Virus record (IMG/VR): IMGVR_UViG_3300044475_000063
Location: 32,001 to 96,000 of that record
Length of the DNA: 64,000 bases
From: a virus
Strand: one strand, 5' to 3'
This document shows, piece by piece, positions 1 to 7,890 of this stretch. Numbering within the stretch: position 1 is the first letter of the stretch; every line of letters starts with the position of its first letter. Below the pieces are notes generated by a model, which worked only from the letters and a program-made list of their open reading frames with translations, did no database searches and had not been told where the DNA came from. The position numbers and the translations under genes were made by a program.

Positions 1-76
1 ATAGCACCATGACCGAAATCCCCCACGTAATGCCAATCAAAGACTATGAGCGCATCAAGGCGCAGGAGGAAAAGAA

Positions 77-382
77 ATGCCAGCTTTACAAGCAAGCAAT
101 TTCAAATGCTTCATGATTATGCCCGATGGAAAAGAAGTTGAATTGAAAGCATATTGCGAGCCTTTAAACCCGCGCCGCTTTCCATCAAGAATTATGAAAA
201 TGTCACATCGACGGAAAAAGAAAGCAGCTTCGGCATGGCTTAAAAATCTTCTTATTGCGCAGATTCATGCCAAATGTCATTTAACCGACAAAGGCTACCA
301 AGCTTCTGATGTCGAAAAAGTGATGATTGAAACGCTGGATAGTTTTGAAGACAAACCGAAATATAAATTGGAAATACTATGA
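77..382 (+). CDS. hypothetical early protein (101 aa)
   Basis: ATG preceded by an aggagg RBS. Stop overlaps the next start (ATGA at 379-382). Confidence 0.55.
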   Translation: MPALQASNFKCFMIMPDGKEVELKAYCEPLNPRRFPSRIMKMSHRRKKKAASAWLKNLLIAQIHAKCHLTDKGYQASDVEKVMIETLDSFEDKPKYKLEIL

Positions 383-651
383 CCATCAACCTAACCCAAA
401 TCCGCAGCGACTTCGATAACGGCATCATCGTAAGCAAGCAGACTTTGCTTGCTCTGGTGGATTATGCAAAAAGCCTTGAGAAAGATGCGGAGCGCTATCG
501 TTGGCTGCGCGATCCACAAACTGACGTTGCCTTAGTCATTGACAAGTTGTCGCATGAAAAGGATGCATACGGCGGCGATATCTATGAATACCGCGCTAGT
601 GATGAATTGGATTCTGAGATTGATAAGGCAAGGGCTAGCCATGCGCTTTGA
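379..651 (+). CDS. hypothetical early protein with ERYRWLRD motif
   Basis: First ~30 aa (MTINLTQIRSDFDNGIIVSKQTLLALVDYA) are identical to the 49619-50029 product. The C-terminus is unrelated. Confidence 0.65.
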   Translation: MTINLTQIRSDFDNGIIVSKQTLLALVDYAKSLEKDAERYRWLRDPQTDVALVIDKLSHEKDAYGGDIYEYRASDELDSEIDKARASHAL

Positions 652-826
652 ATCCGATAAATCCGGCCTGTACCGCTTCAATACCCAGCAGATGAAGCCG
701 GGGCCGAATGCTACGTTTTTCTGCTGCCGCTGCGCTAAACCAAAACAGATCGTAGGACGCAAAAAAGTAGGCCAGAACGGGCGGCAAAAACTTTACGCTT
801 GTGTGGCTTGCCAGGAGGACAAATGA
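641..826 (+). CDS. small zinc-ribbon-like protein (CxxC...CxxC)
   Basis: 61 aa, homolog of 50029-50214. Start chosen by alignment to copy B. The ORF-track start at 539 is an upstream extension. Confidence 0.65.
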   Translation: MRFESDKSGLYRFNTQQMKPGPNATFFCCRCAKPKQIVGRKKVGQNGRQKLYACVACQEDK

Positions 827-1278
827 GCCTAAAACGCTCAGAGATTAAGCGCAAAGTCTCCTTGCGGCCCTCTTCTATAACTAAGACGCCAAAGCCGCCG
901 AAGATCAAAAGTGCCAAATCTGGCACCTCTAAGGCAGCGCCAGCGCCACGCGCAAAGCTTAAAACAAAGCAACGCGCAGTAACAGATAAGGAAAAAGCGC
1001 TATGGGATGATCTTGCGCAGATTGGCTGCATTGCTTGCTTTAAAGAAGGAATTTACGAGCCTGATGTTTCGATCCATCACATTGATGGTCGAACAAAGCC
1101 TGATTGCCATAAGCTGGTTTTACCGCTGTGCGCAAGTCATCACCAAGACGGCACAGGCAAGAATCCTTATTACATTGCCGTGCATCCTTGGAAGGCTCGT
1201 TTTGAAGCAAGGTTTGGTGCGCAGTTGGAGCTTAGAGCTTTGTGCTTTGAATTGATTCGATATAAGGAGGCGGCATGA
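823..1278 (+). CDS. HNH-type nuclease, Ref/RecA-dependent-nuclease-like (tentative)
   Basis: CxxC ... HHIDGR ... LPLCASHH pattern. aggagg RBS and ATGA overlap. N-terminal ~25 aa shared with the NinG-like 50912-51523. Confidence 0.55.
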   Translation: MSLKRSEIKRKVSLRPSSITKTPKPPKIKSAKSGTSKAAPAPRAKLKTKQRAVTDKEKALWDDLAQIGCIACFKEGIYEPDVSIHHIDGRTKPDCHKLVLPLCASHHQDGTGKNPYYIAVHPWKARFEARFGAQLELRALCFELIRYKEAA

Positions 1279-1595
1279 GGGCGGCGAGGGTTGATGCAAA
1301 CCAAGGGAAAATCGTTGCTGTGCTGCGCAATGCTGGTGTGACTGTGCAGCCTTTGCATACGGTAGGCGGAGGCGTCCCAGACCTCCTATGCGCTTTTCTT
1401 GGCCTAAACTTCCTTGTTGAGGTGAAGGACGGGGCGAAGATTCCAAGCGAACAAAAGCTGACGCCGGATCAAGTAGAGTGGCATCAAAAATGGGGCGCTC
1501 CTGTTCATATTGTTAATTCAGAACAGGCAGCGCTTGAGGTAGTCGAATACTATCAGCGCCGAGTGCGCGAAATGAAAAGGGAAATCCATGACTGA
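1275..1595 (+). CDS. PD-(D/E)xK nuclease (VRR-NUC/resolvase-like, tentative)
   Basis: GVPDLL ... LVEVKD motif. C-terminal YQRRVREMKRE is shared with the end of 50912-51523. Confidence 0.55.
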   Translation: MRAARVDANQGKIVAVLRNAGVTVQPLHTVGGGVPDLLCAFLGLNFLVEVKDGAKIPSEQKLTPDQVEWHQKWGAPVHIVNSEQAALEVVEYYQRRVREMKREIHD

Positions 1596-1800
1596 CAATA
1601 TAAATCACCCGAAGCACTATACCAGCCATCCTAGCGGCATCGAGTGCATCCAGATCACAGAGCATATGTCGTTCAACCTTGGAAACGCGATCAAGTACCT
1701 ATGGCGCGCTGACGAGAAGGGAGCGCCGCTAGATGACTTAAAAAAAGCAGCTTGGTACATTCAGCGCGAGATTGCAAAGCGTGAGCGCGAGGCAAAATGA
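1588..1800 (+). CDS. DUF3310-like phage protein
   Basis: NHPKHY ... IECIQI ... GNAIKYLWR pattern recalled for this family. Confidence 0.6.
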   Translation: MTDNINHPKHYTSHPSGIECIQITEHMSFNLGNAIKYLWRADEKGAPLDDLKKAAWYIQREIAKREREAK

Positions 1801-2099
1801 AAGTCACATACGGCGCACTCGCTGACTTAGTAGGCCAAGCAGAGCCTCTAGACCCAAGCAAGATGCAGTATCGGTCTGTCCCTGCTGTAGTGTGGGTATC
1901 GCGCAAGGATGCCTTAAAGTCTGAGCGAGCATGCAACCAGTGTGTGTTTAAGGGCCAGAAATCTAAAGTCTGTGTCCAAGCTGGGCAACTTGCGCGCCTT
2001 GCTGGTCACAACGACTGCGAGGATAGGGACGTTGAGACAGACAAGACTTTCATCTATGAGCTAGTCCCTACAGACCCACGCCAACTAACCATAGCCTAA
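1797..2099 (+). CDS. conserved hypothetical protein
   Basis: Near-identical to 51894-52196. Followed by a terminator. Confidence 0.65.
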   Translation: MKVTYGALADLVGQAEPLDPSKMQYRSVPAVVWVSRKDALKSERACNQCVFKGQKSKVCVQAGQLARLAGHNDCEDRDVETDKTFIYELVPTDPRQLTIA

Positions 2100-2103
2100 C
2101 CCT

Positions 2104-2126
2104 AAGCCGCCTAGTGCGGCTTTTTT
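2104..2126 (+). terminator. rho-independent terminator
   Basis: AAGCCGC-CTAGT-GCGGCTT hairpin followed by a T-run. Same element at 52201-52223. Confidence 0.75.
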
Positions 2127-2146
2127 GCAACCTCTTCATTTAGTTG

Positions 2147-2175
2147 TTGACGCGTGATAATCTTAGGGCTATGAT
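2147..2175 (+). promoter_or_regulatory. sigma70-like promoter
   Basis: TTGACG - 17 nt - TATGAT. Conserved at 52244-52272. Confidence 0.6.
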
Positions 2176-2212
2176 TCATACATCAGCAGCAAACAACCAA
2201 ACGGAGAAAATC

Positions 2213-2407
2213 ATGAATGCAGACCAAGCAAAAATTATCGGCAAACTCGTAACTGAATCGACCTTGGATTTTCTGGCATCGAAGCACAACACTACCGCCG
2301 TAGTAATTGCCGATCTGGTGCGCGCTGGTCATGAAAACATCAGCAAACAGTTTTATAAACTGATGCAACTAGGTTTGCAACAGGCTATTGTTGAATACAC
2401 TATCTAA
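2213..2407 (+). CDS. hypothetical protein (64 aa)
   Basis: ATG preceded by a ggag RBS. The ORF-track start at 2144 overlaps the promoter. Confidence 0.5.
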   Translation: MNADQAKIIGKLVTESTLDFLASKHNTTAVVIADLVRAGHENISKQFYKLMQLGLQQAIVEYTI

Positions 2408-2447
2408 CCCACCCAGCGCCTTCGGGCGCTACCTGAAAGGATGAATC

Positions 2448-2657
2448 ATGTTTGATGATTACGAAGACGAGCCAGAAGCAAAGCGTATTTTTGATATGGC
2501 CGATCAGTTGGATGATCGATTGGATGATTATGCGCTTGAGCGCTGCAAATCGTCGGAGCACGTTATACGCGGTGGCAATCATGGGCGCGTGTACACCTTT
2601 CACGATGGGAGCAAACTGACCACGGCTGAAACTGGCTATGTTGGTTGCGAATACTGA
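2448..2657 (+). CDS. hypothetical acidic protein (69 aa)
   Basis: aaagga RBS. Its homolog in copy B (52598-52806) has lost the ATG. Confidence 0.55.
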   Translation: MFDDYEDEPEAKRIFDMADQLDDRLDDYALERCKSSEHVIRGGNHGRVYTFHDGSKLTTAETGYVGCEY

Positions 2658-2731
2658 TTGACCGGCCCGCTAGACGGGCCTAAGCCACTAGAACCTAGCG
2701 CAATGGTGCGCTGGTATATTAAGGAGGAAGT

Positions 2732-2920
2732 ATGGATTGGCAGCCTATTGAAGTTTATGACGCGCTCAAAGTTAAGCCAAAAATGGCGGTGTTTCGATTT
2801 GAACCAGTTCCAAGCAAAAATGGTCGGGGCTTGTCTTTGCCGGAGCATTTTGAAATGAAAAGGACTTTCGGCTCTCGTGTCTGCACCCATTTCGTTGAGC
2901 TTCCACAGATTCAAAAATAG
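2732..2920 (+). CDS. hypothetical protein (62 aa)
   Basis: aaggagg RBS upstream of the ATG. Confidence 0.5.
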   Translation: MDWQPIEVYDALKVKPKMAVFRFEPVPSKNGRGLSLPEHFEMKRTFGSRVCTHFVELPQIQK

Positions 2921-2971
2921 CACCTAGCAACCAGCAGTAGAATAAACCAAGTTCACTAAGCGGAGGCTGTC

Positions 2972-3160
2972 ATGATTAGTATCGGTCAGATGGTGCGTGT
3001 TCTGAATTCGGATAATGTGTGTCGTCTTGAATCATGGGAGCGCGATGCTATCCATATGATTCATTCTAAGTCTGTAAATGGGCTGCGGCAGAATCTGCTA
3101 GACCTCCGCGAGTGCCAACTTATCATCACTATTTTTAACAGGGTATATCAAAATGCGTAA
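2972..3160 (+). CDS. conserved hypothetical protein
   Basis: Homolog of 53398-53586. ggagg RBS. Confidence 0.55.
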   Translation: MISIGQMVRVLNSDNVCRLESWERDAIHMIHSKSVNGLRQNLLDLRECQLIITIFNRVYQNA

Positions 3161-3251
3161 ATTGAATTGGGGATTAATCATCGCGCTTCTCACTTGCGTG
3201 ATTATCTGGACTGCTTTTGGCGTGCGTATGTACAGGTACTATCATGGCTAA
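3153..3251 (+). CDS. small single-pass membrane protein (32 aa)
   Basis: MRKLNWGLIIALLTCVIIWTAF... Overlaps both neighbours. Conserved small ORF at 53579-53677. Confidence 0.4.
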   Translation: MRKLNWGLIIALLTCVIIWTAFGVRMYRYYHG

Positions 3252-3453
3252 GATCGGACGACCATCGCACCTTGAAGCAGTAGCTTCTGCGCTTCCTGGC
3301 ACTCGCAACCAGATCGCCAAGCGAGTAGGAATCAGCGCAGCTTGTGTAGGCCGCTTGCTGCGCGTTCTGGAAGCGAATCGGGCGGTTTATGTGGTTACGC
3401 ATGCCGTTCCGAAATGCGGTCCTAAAATGCCTGTATTCGCTTTGAGGCGCTAA
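3244..3453 (+). CDS. small helix-turn-helix DNA-binding protein
   Basis: MAKIGRPSHLEAV...RNQIAKRVGISAACVGRLLRVL. Homolog at 53875-54096. Confidence 0.6.
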   Translation: MAKIGRPSHLEAVASALPGTRNQIAKRVGISAACVGRLLRVLEANRAVYVVTHAVPKCGPKMPVFALRR

Positions 3454-3843
3454 ATGGACCGCGTTGAAATGATCCTCAAGGCCATGCCAGCAACGCGCCT
3501 TGAGATTCAGCTACAAACGCGCATGGGCAAAAGCACGGTGCAGCATATCATTGAGCGATTGCATGAGCGCGGTTGGATTCACATCAGCGGCTGGGAGCGT
3601 ATCCTCAAGAACGGAACGGGCAAGTTCGTCATGCGATATAAAGCAGGTCAAGGCACTGACAAGCCCTGCAAGCTGGAACCAATGCCCCGCGCCGAGCTTG
3701 AAAAGCGCCGCCGCAAAAAGCTTCTCAAGACCGGCGAAATAGAAGAACGCAACAAGCGCAACCTCATGCGGTACTACGAGAAGCGAGCAAAGGAAAAATC
3801 CAAGGCAAAGCCTCAAACGTGGCTTTCTGCGCTTGGTGTGTGA
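3454..3843 (+). CDS. winged-helix-like DNA-binding protein with basic C-terminus
   Basis: TRLEIQLQTRMGKSTVQHIIERLHERGWI. Related to 54089-54502. Confidence 0.55.
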   Translation: MDRVEMILKAMPATRLEIQLQTRMGKSTVQHIIERLHERGWIHISGWERILKNGTGKFVMRYKAGQGTDKPCKLEPMPRAELEKRRRKKLLKTGEIEERNKRNLMRYYEKRAKEKSKAKPQTWLSALGV

Positions 3844-3851
3844 AAAACCTC

Positions 3852-3880
3852 TTGCAATTGGGTTTTTGCTGACCTAGAAT
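3852..3880 (+). promoter_or_regulatory. sigma70-like promoter in front of hairpin RNA
   Basis: TTGCAA - 17 nt - TAGAAT. Confidence 0.55.
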
Positions 3881-3905
3881 TCTAACTGTCAACGCCTGCC
3901 AGCGA

Positions 3906-4046
3906 AGACGAAAAAGAAAATGACTCTGTAGCAGCCCCAAGGTTTTTTGGTGGATCGCAAAATGGAGTGTGGACGTAACAGAGTCCGTTCACACTTCAGG
4001 TTGGCAGACCCGATCCACCAAAGCATCTTGGGGCTTTTTTTCGTCT
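3906..4046 (+). ncRNA. candidate ~150-nt rod-like sRNA ending in an intrinsic terminator
   Basis: Nested pairings: 3906-3915/4037-4046, 3934-3941/4027-4034, 3946-3957/4011-4022, 3964-3975/3986-3997. U7 run at 4035-4041. No ORF. Confidence 0.5.
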
Positions 4047-4271
4047 GCACTGTCTGAATTGACTAGCCTATCGTCGGGAACGAAAGCAACAGGGCGATAG
4101 CGTGAATACTGGAACTGTGGCAAAGCAAGGGAAGCACCAGAATGAGGCGTCGAAGATAGCACCTCACTTGCGCAAGGCTGTCGGGTCAGCGATTCCTCAA
4201 TGGATACGTTGTGATGGGCCTTAGCTAAGTCTAGGTCCGCTCAAACCTCTTGGATAATACGAAAGATAAGA

Positions 4272-4970
4272 ATGAACCTGATGCTTGTAAATACTAAAGA
4301 ACAGACCATGACAAGCAAGGAAATGGCTGAGCTTACAGAAAAGCGCCATGACAGCGTCAAACGGACCATTGAAAACCTTGCTTCTACTGGCGTGATCGGC
4401 CAACCACAAATTGTGGATGGAGAAAAAGCAGGCAACAACGTTGTTGAAAAGCTATATTTGTTTGGGAAGCGTGACAGCTATGTGATCGTTGCCCAGCTTT
4501 CGCCGCTGTTCACTGCCCGACTTGTAGACCGCTGGCAAGAGTTGGAATCCCGAGAATCCTCGGTAGATGGCTTTGAGATTCCCAAGACTTTTGCAGAGGC
4601 ATTGCGGCTTGCTGCTGACCAGCAAGAGACGATTGCAAAACAGGCCTTGCAGATTGAGACGAATGCGCCAAAGGTTGCATTTGCCGAAGCAATTCGCGCC
4701 ACTGAGGGCGTTTGCAGCGTTGAGAAGATCGCAAAAACGCTTGGCTGGGGGCGTAACAAGTTTTTCGACAGGCTGCGCACTGATGGCATTCTGATGGCTA
4801 ACAACCTGCCATATCAGAAGTACATTGACCGCGAGTATTTCACCGTCATTGAGCAGGAACCATACACGGATAGTAAAGGAGTCGTGCACCCTACGTTCAC
4901 GACTCGTGTAACGGGCGCTGGACAGGTGTTCCTTGCCAAAAAGTATGCAAACATCATGGGTGTAGTATGA
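4272..4970 (+). CDS. antirepressor-type regulator (Rha-like N-domain plus KilAC/ANT-like C-domain)
   Basis: N-terminus TSKEMAELTEKRHDSVKRTIENL. C-terminus IAKTLGWGRNKFFDRLRTDGIL...YFTV. Both recognised by eye. Confidence 0.7.
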   Translation: MNLMLVNTKEQTMTSKEMAELTEKRHDSVKRTIENLASTGVIGQPQIVDGEKAGNNVVEKLYLFGKRDSYVIVAQLSPLFTARLVDRWQELESRESSVDGFEIPKTFAEALRLAADQQETIAKQALQIETNAPKVAFAEAIRATEGVCSVEKIAKTLGWGRNKFFDRLRTDGILMANNLPYQKYIDREYFTVIEQEPYTDSKGVVHPTFTTRVTGAGQVFLAKKYANIMGVV

Positions 4971-5272
4971 CTACATTGCCTGATTGGATTCCTGCCGATG
5001 CGTGGGCCGGATACGTTGAAATGCGCAAGAAAAAGCGCGCCGTGATGACTGAGCGCGCTACCGAGCTACGCATTAAAGACCTTGCCAAGCTGCGCGATGC
5101 AGGGCAAGACGTAGGCGCGGTCTTAGATCAATCGACTGCGAACGGCTGGACTGATGTGTATCCGGTGAAAGAGCGCCGTGTCGAGCCGCGCAACCAGTTC
5201 GACACTTCGCGCCTTGGAAAGCACGGGCAGGCTACCGCAAATAACGCACTTGATTGGTTGGAGGGGAAATGA
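4967..5272 (+). CDS. hypothetical protein (replication-region)
   Basis: Start overlaps the previous stop. Function unknown. Confidence 0.55.
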   Translation: MTTLPDWIPADAWAGYVEMRKKKRAVMTERATELRIKDLAKLRDAGQDVGAVLDQSTANGWTDVYPVKERRVEPRNQFDTSRLGKHGQATANNALDWLEGK

Positions 5273-5433
5273 AATACATAATTATTTATAGCGATGGCTG
5301 TTACGAAAAAGCGGGTAGAGGAACTGGTTTTCCCACTACTGAAAAAGATGAGGCAAAAGTTTTTGATTCTGAAGATGATGCTCATGAATATTGCGCGTGG
5401 TTGATAGAGGCAAAAGTTATTCCGTTGAAATAA
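5269..5433 (+). CDS. small hypothetical protein (54 aa), AT-rich
   Basis: ATGA overlap with the upstream stop. TAA lies 1 nt before the next ATG. Below the ORF-track cutoff. Confidence 0.35.
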   Translation: MKYIIIYSDGCYEKAGRGTGFPTTEKDEAKVFDSEDDAHEYCAWLIEAKVIPLK

Positions 5434-5434
5434 T

Positions 5435-6067
5435 ATGATTGATAATCTAGAAGAAAAGCGCCGCTTCGCCTCGCTCATGACTGCCCTTGCTGACTATTAC
5501 GAGAAGTCGCTTTCTAAAGGTGTCCTGTCTCTCTATTGGGAAGGGCTGCGCCAGTATGACTATGAGGCAATCGAAAAGGCCGCATGGGCGCATACGCAAC
5601 TACCAGACGAGGCGGGGCGCTGGATGCCCAAGGTCAGCGACCTAAACAAGATGCTGGCGGGGCGCACCTCTGACCAAGGGCAGAGTGCATGGAGCAAGGT
5701 TGATCGCGCCGTGCGCACCATTGGCCCTTATAGCGACGTTGCTTTTGACGATCCGATTATCCACCGAGTTATTCAGGAAATGGGCGGCTGGATTCATCTT
5801 TGCGGACAAGACGAGAAACAATGGCCTTTCACAGCAAAAGAATTTGTTACGCGCTACCAGTCATACAAAATGACCGGTGATATTCCAGAACATGCGGGCT
5901 ATTTGACAGGAATCGCCTCATCGCAAAATGAGCATTCAGGTAATAAACAAAAGCGCGAGATTCATTTAATAGGCGATAAACAAAAAGCAATCGAATTAAT
6001 CCTTGGCGAGAAAAAGAAAGTCGAATCGCTAGGTTTATCAGTTCCAAAAGCAGCAGACGCTATTTAA
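5435..6067 (+). CDS. hypothetical replication-module protein
   Basis: 210 aa. The last residues VPKAADAI and downstream 39 nt are shared with 56592-56786 (mosaic joint). Confidence 0.55.
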   Translation: MIDNLEEKRRFASLMTALADYYEKSLSKGVLSLYWEGLRQYDYEAIEKAAWAHTQLPDEAGRWMPKVSDLNKMLAGRTSDQGQSAWSKVDRAVRTIGPYSDVAFDDPIIHRVIQEMGGWIHLCGQDEKQWPFTAKEFVTRYQSYKMTGDIPEHAGYLTGIASSQNEHSGNKQKREIHLIGDKQKAIELILGEKKKVESLGLSVPKAADAI

Positions 6068-6079
6068 AAGGAGAAGGAA

Positions 6080-6280
6080 GTGAAGAAAAACGAATACCCT
6101 TATTTGCAAATTATTGTTCACCACGGTCCGACAAATTCAACATCGATAACTGGCGATGAAGGAGTTATTGCTGCTGGGGTTTCATATCTTCCTCGGTCAA
6201 TGCAAAACAAACTTAAGGTGGAAACAATCAAGCGCTGGTCACGATTCATTAAAAGCAAATCAAAAGGAGAAGGAAAATGA
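6080..6280 (+). CDS. hypothetical protein (66 aa)
   Basis: GTG start after an aaggagaaggaa RBS. Confidence 0.45.
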   Translation: MKKNEYPYLQIIVHHGPTNSTSITGDEGVIAAGVSYLPRSMQNKLKVETIKRWSRFIKSKSKGEGK

Positions 6281-6471
6281 AGAAATCTCGTCTTGCATCA
6301 GCAATCAAAGAAGCAAAGCGGTTTTTAGAAATTGCAGAAACCGTAGAAATTGATCCGGACAGCCGTAATGATTACATCTACAGAAGCAAAGAATCGGCAT
6401 CTGTTCGCCGCGCTAGTATGGATTTGACTAATGCACTTGTTGAATTGCGTAAAGGAGATTACACAAAATGA
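6277..6471 (+). CDS. hypothetical protein (64 aa)
   Basis: aaggagaaggaaa RBS. Overlaps the previous stop. Confidence 0.5.
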   Translation: MKKSRLASAIKEAKRFLEIAETVEIDPDSRNDYIYRSKESASVRRASMDLTNALVELRKGDYTK

Positions 6472-6701
6472 GCAAAGCGAAATTAACCGACTGGTTCCCT
6501 GCTGATGTTAAGCCGGTGCATGTGGGTGTGTATGAGGTTCTTTATGAGAATGGCTGCTTTGGTAGCCGATATCGATACTGGAATGGCGTTCGGTTTTGCT
6601 ATCAATGTATGAATTCTCAGAAAGCTTTTCAAAAAAGGAACAATCACACTGGGCTTGACGCCTTTGTATCTTGGCGCGGCATCGCTGAAAAACCAAACTA
6701 A
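6468..6701 (+). CDS. conserved hypothetical protein
   Basis: Homolog of 56800-57033 (WFPADVKPVHVG...WRG.AEKPN). Confidence 0.6.
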   Translation: MSKAKLTDWFPADVKPVHVGVYEVLYENGCFGSRYRYWNGVRFCYQCMNSQKAFQKRNNHTGLDAFVSWRGIAEKPN

Positions 6702-6713
6702 AGGAGAATCACA

Positions 6714-7088
6714 ATGTACACTTCTGGCCGACTGATATACCAAGAGGATAGTGATGTATATACGCACATACTTCGTGATGTGACGGGCAATCGCATCATA
6801 CATCAAGGTCCGCAGGATTCTCGCGGTGAGGCTGAGGCAAATGCGCGAAGGCTTGCCGCATGTTGGAACGTTTGCGATGGGCTTGAAACTGCTGACCTTG
6901 AGGTAGGTGCGACGCTTGGAGATATTTGCGCCGATAGAAACGGCCTTGTAATCAAACTAGGTAAAGCGCAAGAAAAACTAGACATGGCCCGATCTATGCT
7001 GGAAGAGGCTTTAGATACATTTGACGACAACCCAGCAGAGGGCCATGAAATTGCAGACCGTATCCGTAGCTTTTTGGAGGTTAAATGA
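6714..7088 (+). CDS. hypothetical protein (124 aa)
   Basis: aaaggag RBS. Confidence 0.55.
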   Translation: MYTSGRLIYQEDSDVYTHILRDVTGNRIIHQGPQDSRGEAEANARRLAACWNVCDGLETADLEVGATLGDICADRNGLVIKLGKAQEKLDMARSMLEEALDTFDDNPAEGHEIADRIRSFLEVK

Positions 7089-7435
7089 GCAATGCAGAAC
7101 TATTGACTCTGGCAGCTAATGCCGCAGGATTGAAAGTCTTTAGCGTTACTCATCGTGGCATGGGTGGCTACAGTGACGATACTTTGCTCGGCTTGATTAT
7201 TGCGGATAGCGTTGGAACTCTATGGAATCCGCTAGAGAATGATTCTCAGGCGCTGCGCTTGGCGGTTGATTTGGGATTGCGATTGACACTGCCTAAATAC
7301 AAAGGATTTGGCACGACTGCCGATCATCAGGCGGATGGTATTGCTGGTTGCACGGCTTTCCGAGATGACCCAATGGCGCAGACGCGAGAGGCTATTGTGC
7401 GCGCTGCCGCCGAAAAAGGAAGGGCTATGCAATGA
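7085..7435 (+). CDS. hypothetical protein (116 aa)
   Basis: ggagg RBS and ATGA overlap. Confidence 0.55.
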   Translation: MSNAELLTLAANAAGLKVFSVTHRGMGGYSDDTLLGLIIADSVGTLWNPLENDSQALRLAVDLGLRLTLPKYKGFGTTADHQADGIAGCTAFRDDPMAQTREAIVRAAAEKGRAMQ

Positions 7436-7854
7436 AGGTTAAATCTTCCCGATTAATGGGTGTTAATGATATCGACGATTTGTTCAAGGCCAAGGCGCGC
7501 TTGATGCCTGATGATGTGAGCGAGATTCAGCTTAGGGTGCTTCTGGCGCTCGATTCGGCCAAGCGCTCACGCTGCCCACCAGGCCTCGCAAACCTGCTTA
7601 TCAAGCACATGGTCATGGCTGCTGCAATCGGTAGCCAGATGCGAGACCAAAGCTTCTACAATCTGGCGCAAAGGGCCTATGAGGCGCTTTACAACGCTTG
7701 CATGCGAGATACGGTGGACCTTGATCTAACAACCGGCGAGTACAGCGTAATCAAGCGAACGATTGCGCTATACTTGAACCATCTGCCTAAAGTCGAGCGC
7801 GGCTTGTTTGAGTTTGCAAGCAATCATGCTCAGAAAGTTTTAGCGCAAGGTTAA
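7432..7854 (+). CDS. conserved hypothetical protein, last early-right gene (possible late regulator, by position only)
   Basis: Homolog of 57342-57764. Both copies precede the tRNA/packaging region. Confidence 0.6.
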   Translation: MKVKSSRLMGVNDIDDLFKAKARLMPDDVSEIQLRVLLALDSAKRSRCPPGLANLLIKHMVMAAAIGSQMRDQSFYNLAQRAYEALYNACMRDTVDLDLTTGEYSVIKRTIALYLNHLPKVERGLFEFASNHAQKVLAQG

Positions 7855-7856
7855 AA

Positions 7857-7890
7857 ATAGCGGCTAATTTAATAATTAGCCGCTATTTTT
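7857..7890. terminator. bidirectional terminator hairpin
   Basis: 13-bp stem ATAGCGGCTAATT/AATTAGCCGCTAT flanked by A-run and T-run, between convergent genes. Confidence 0.75.
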
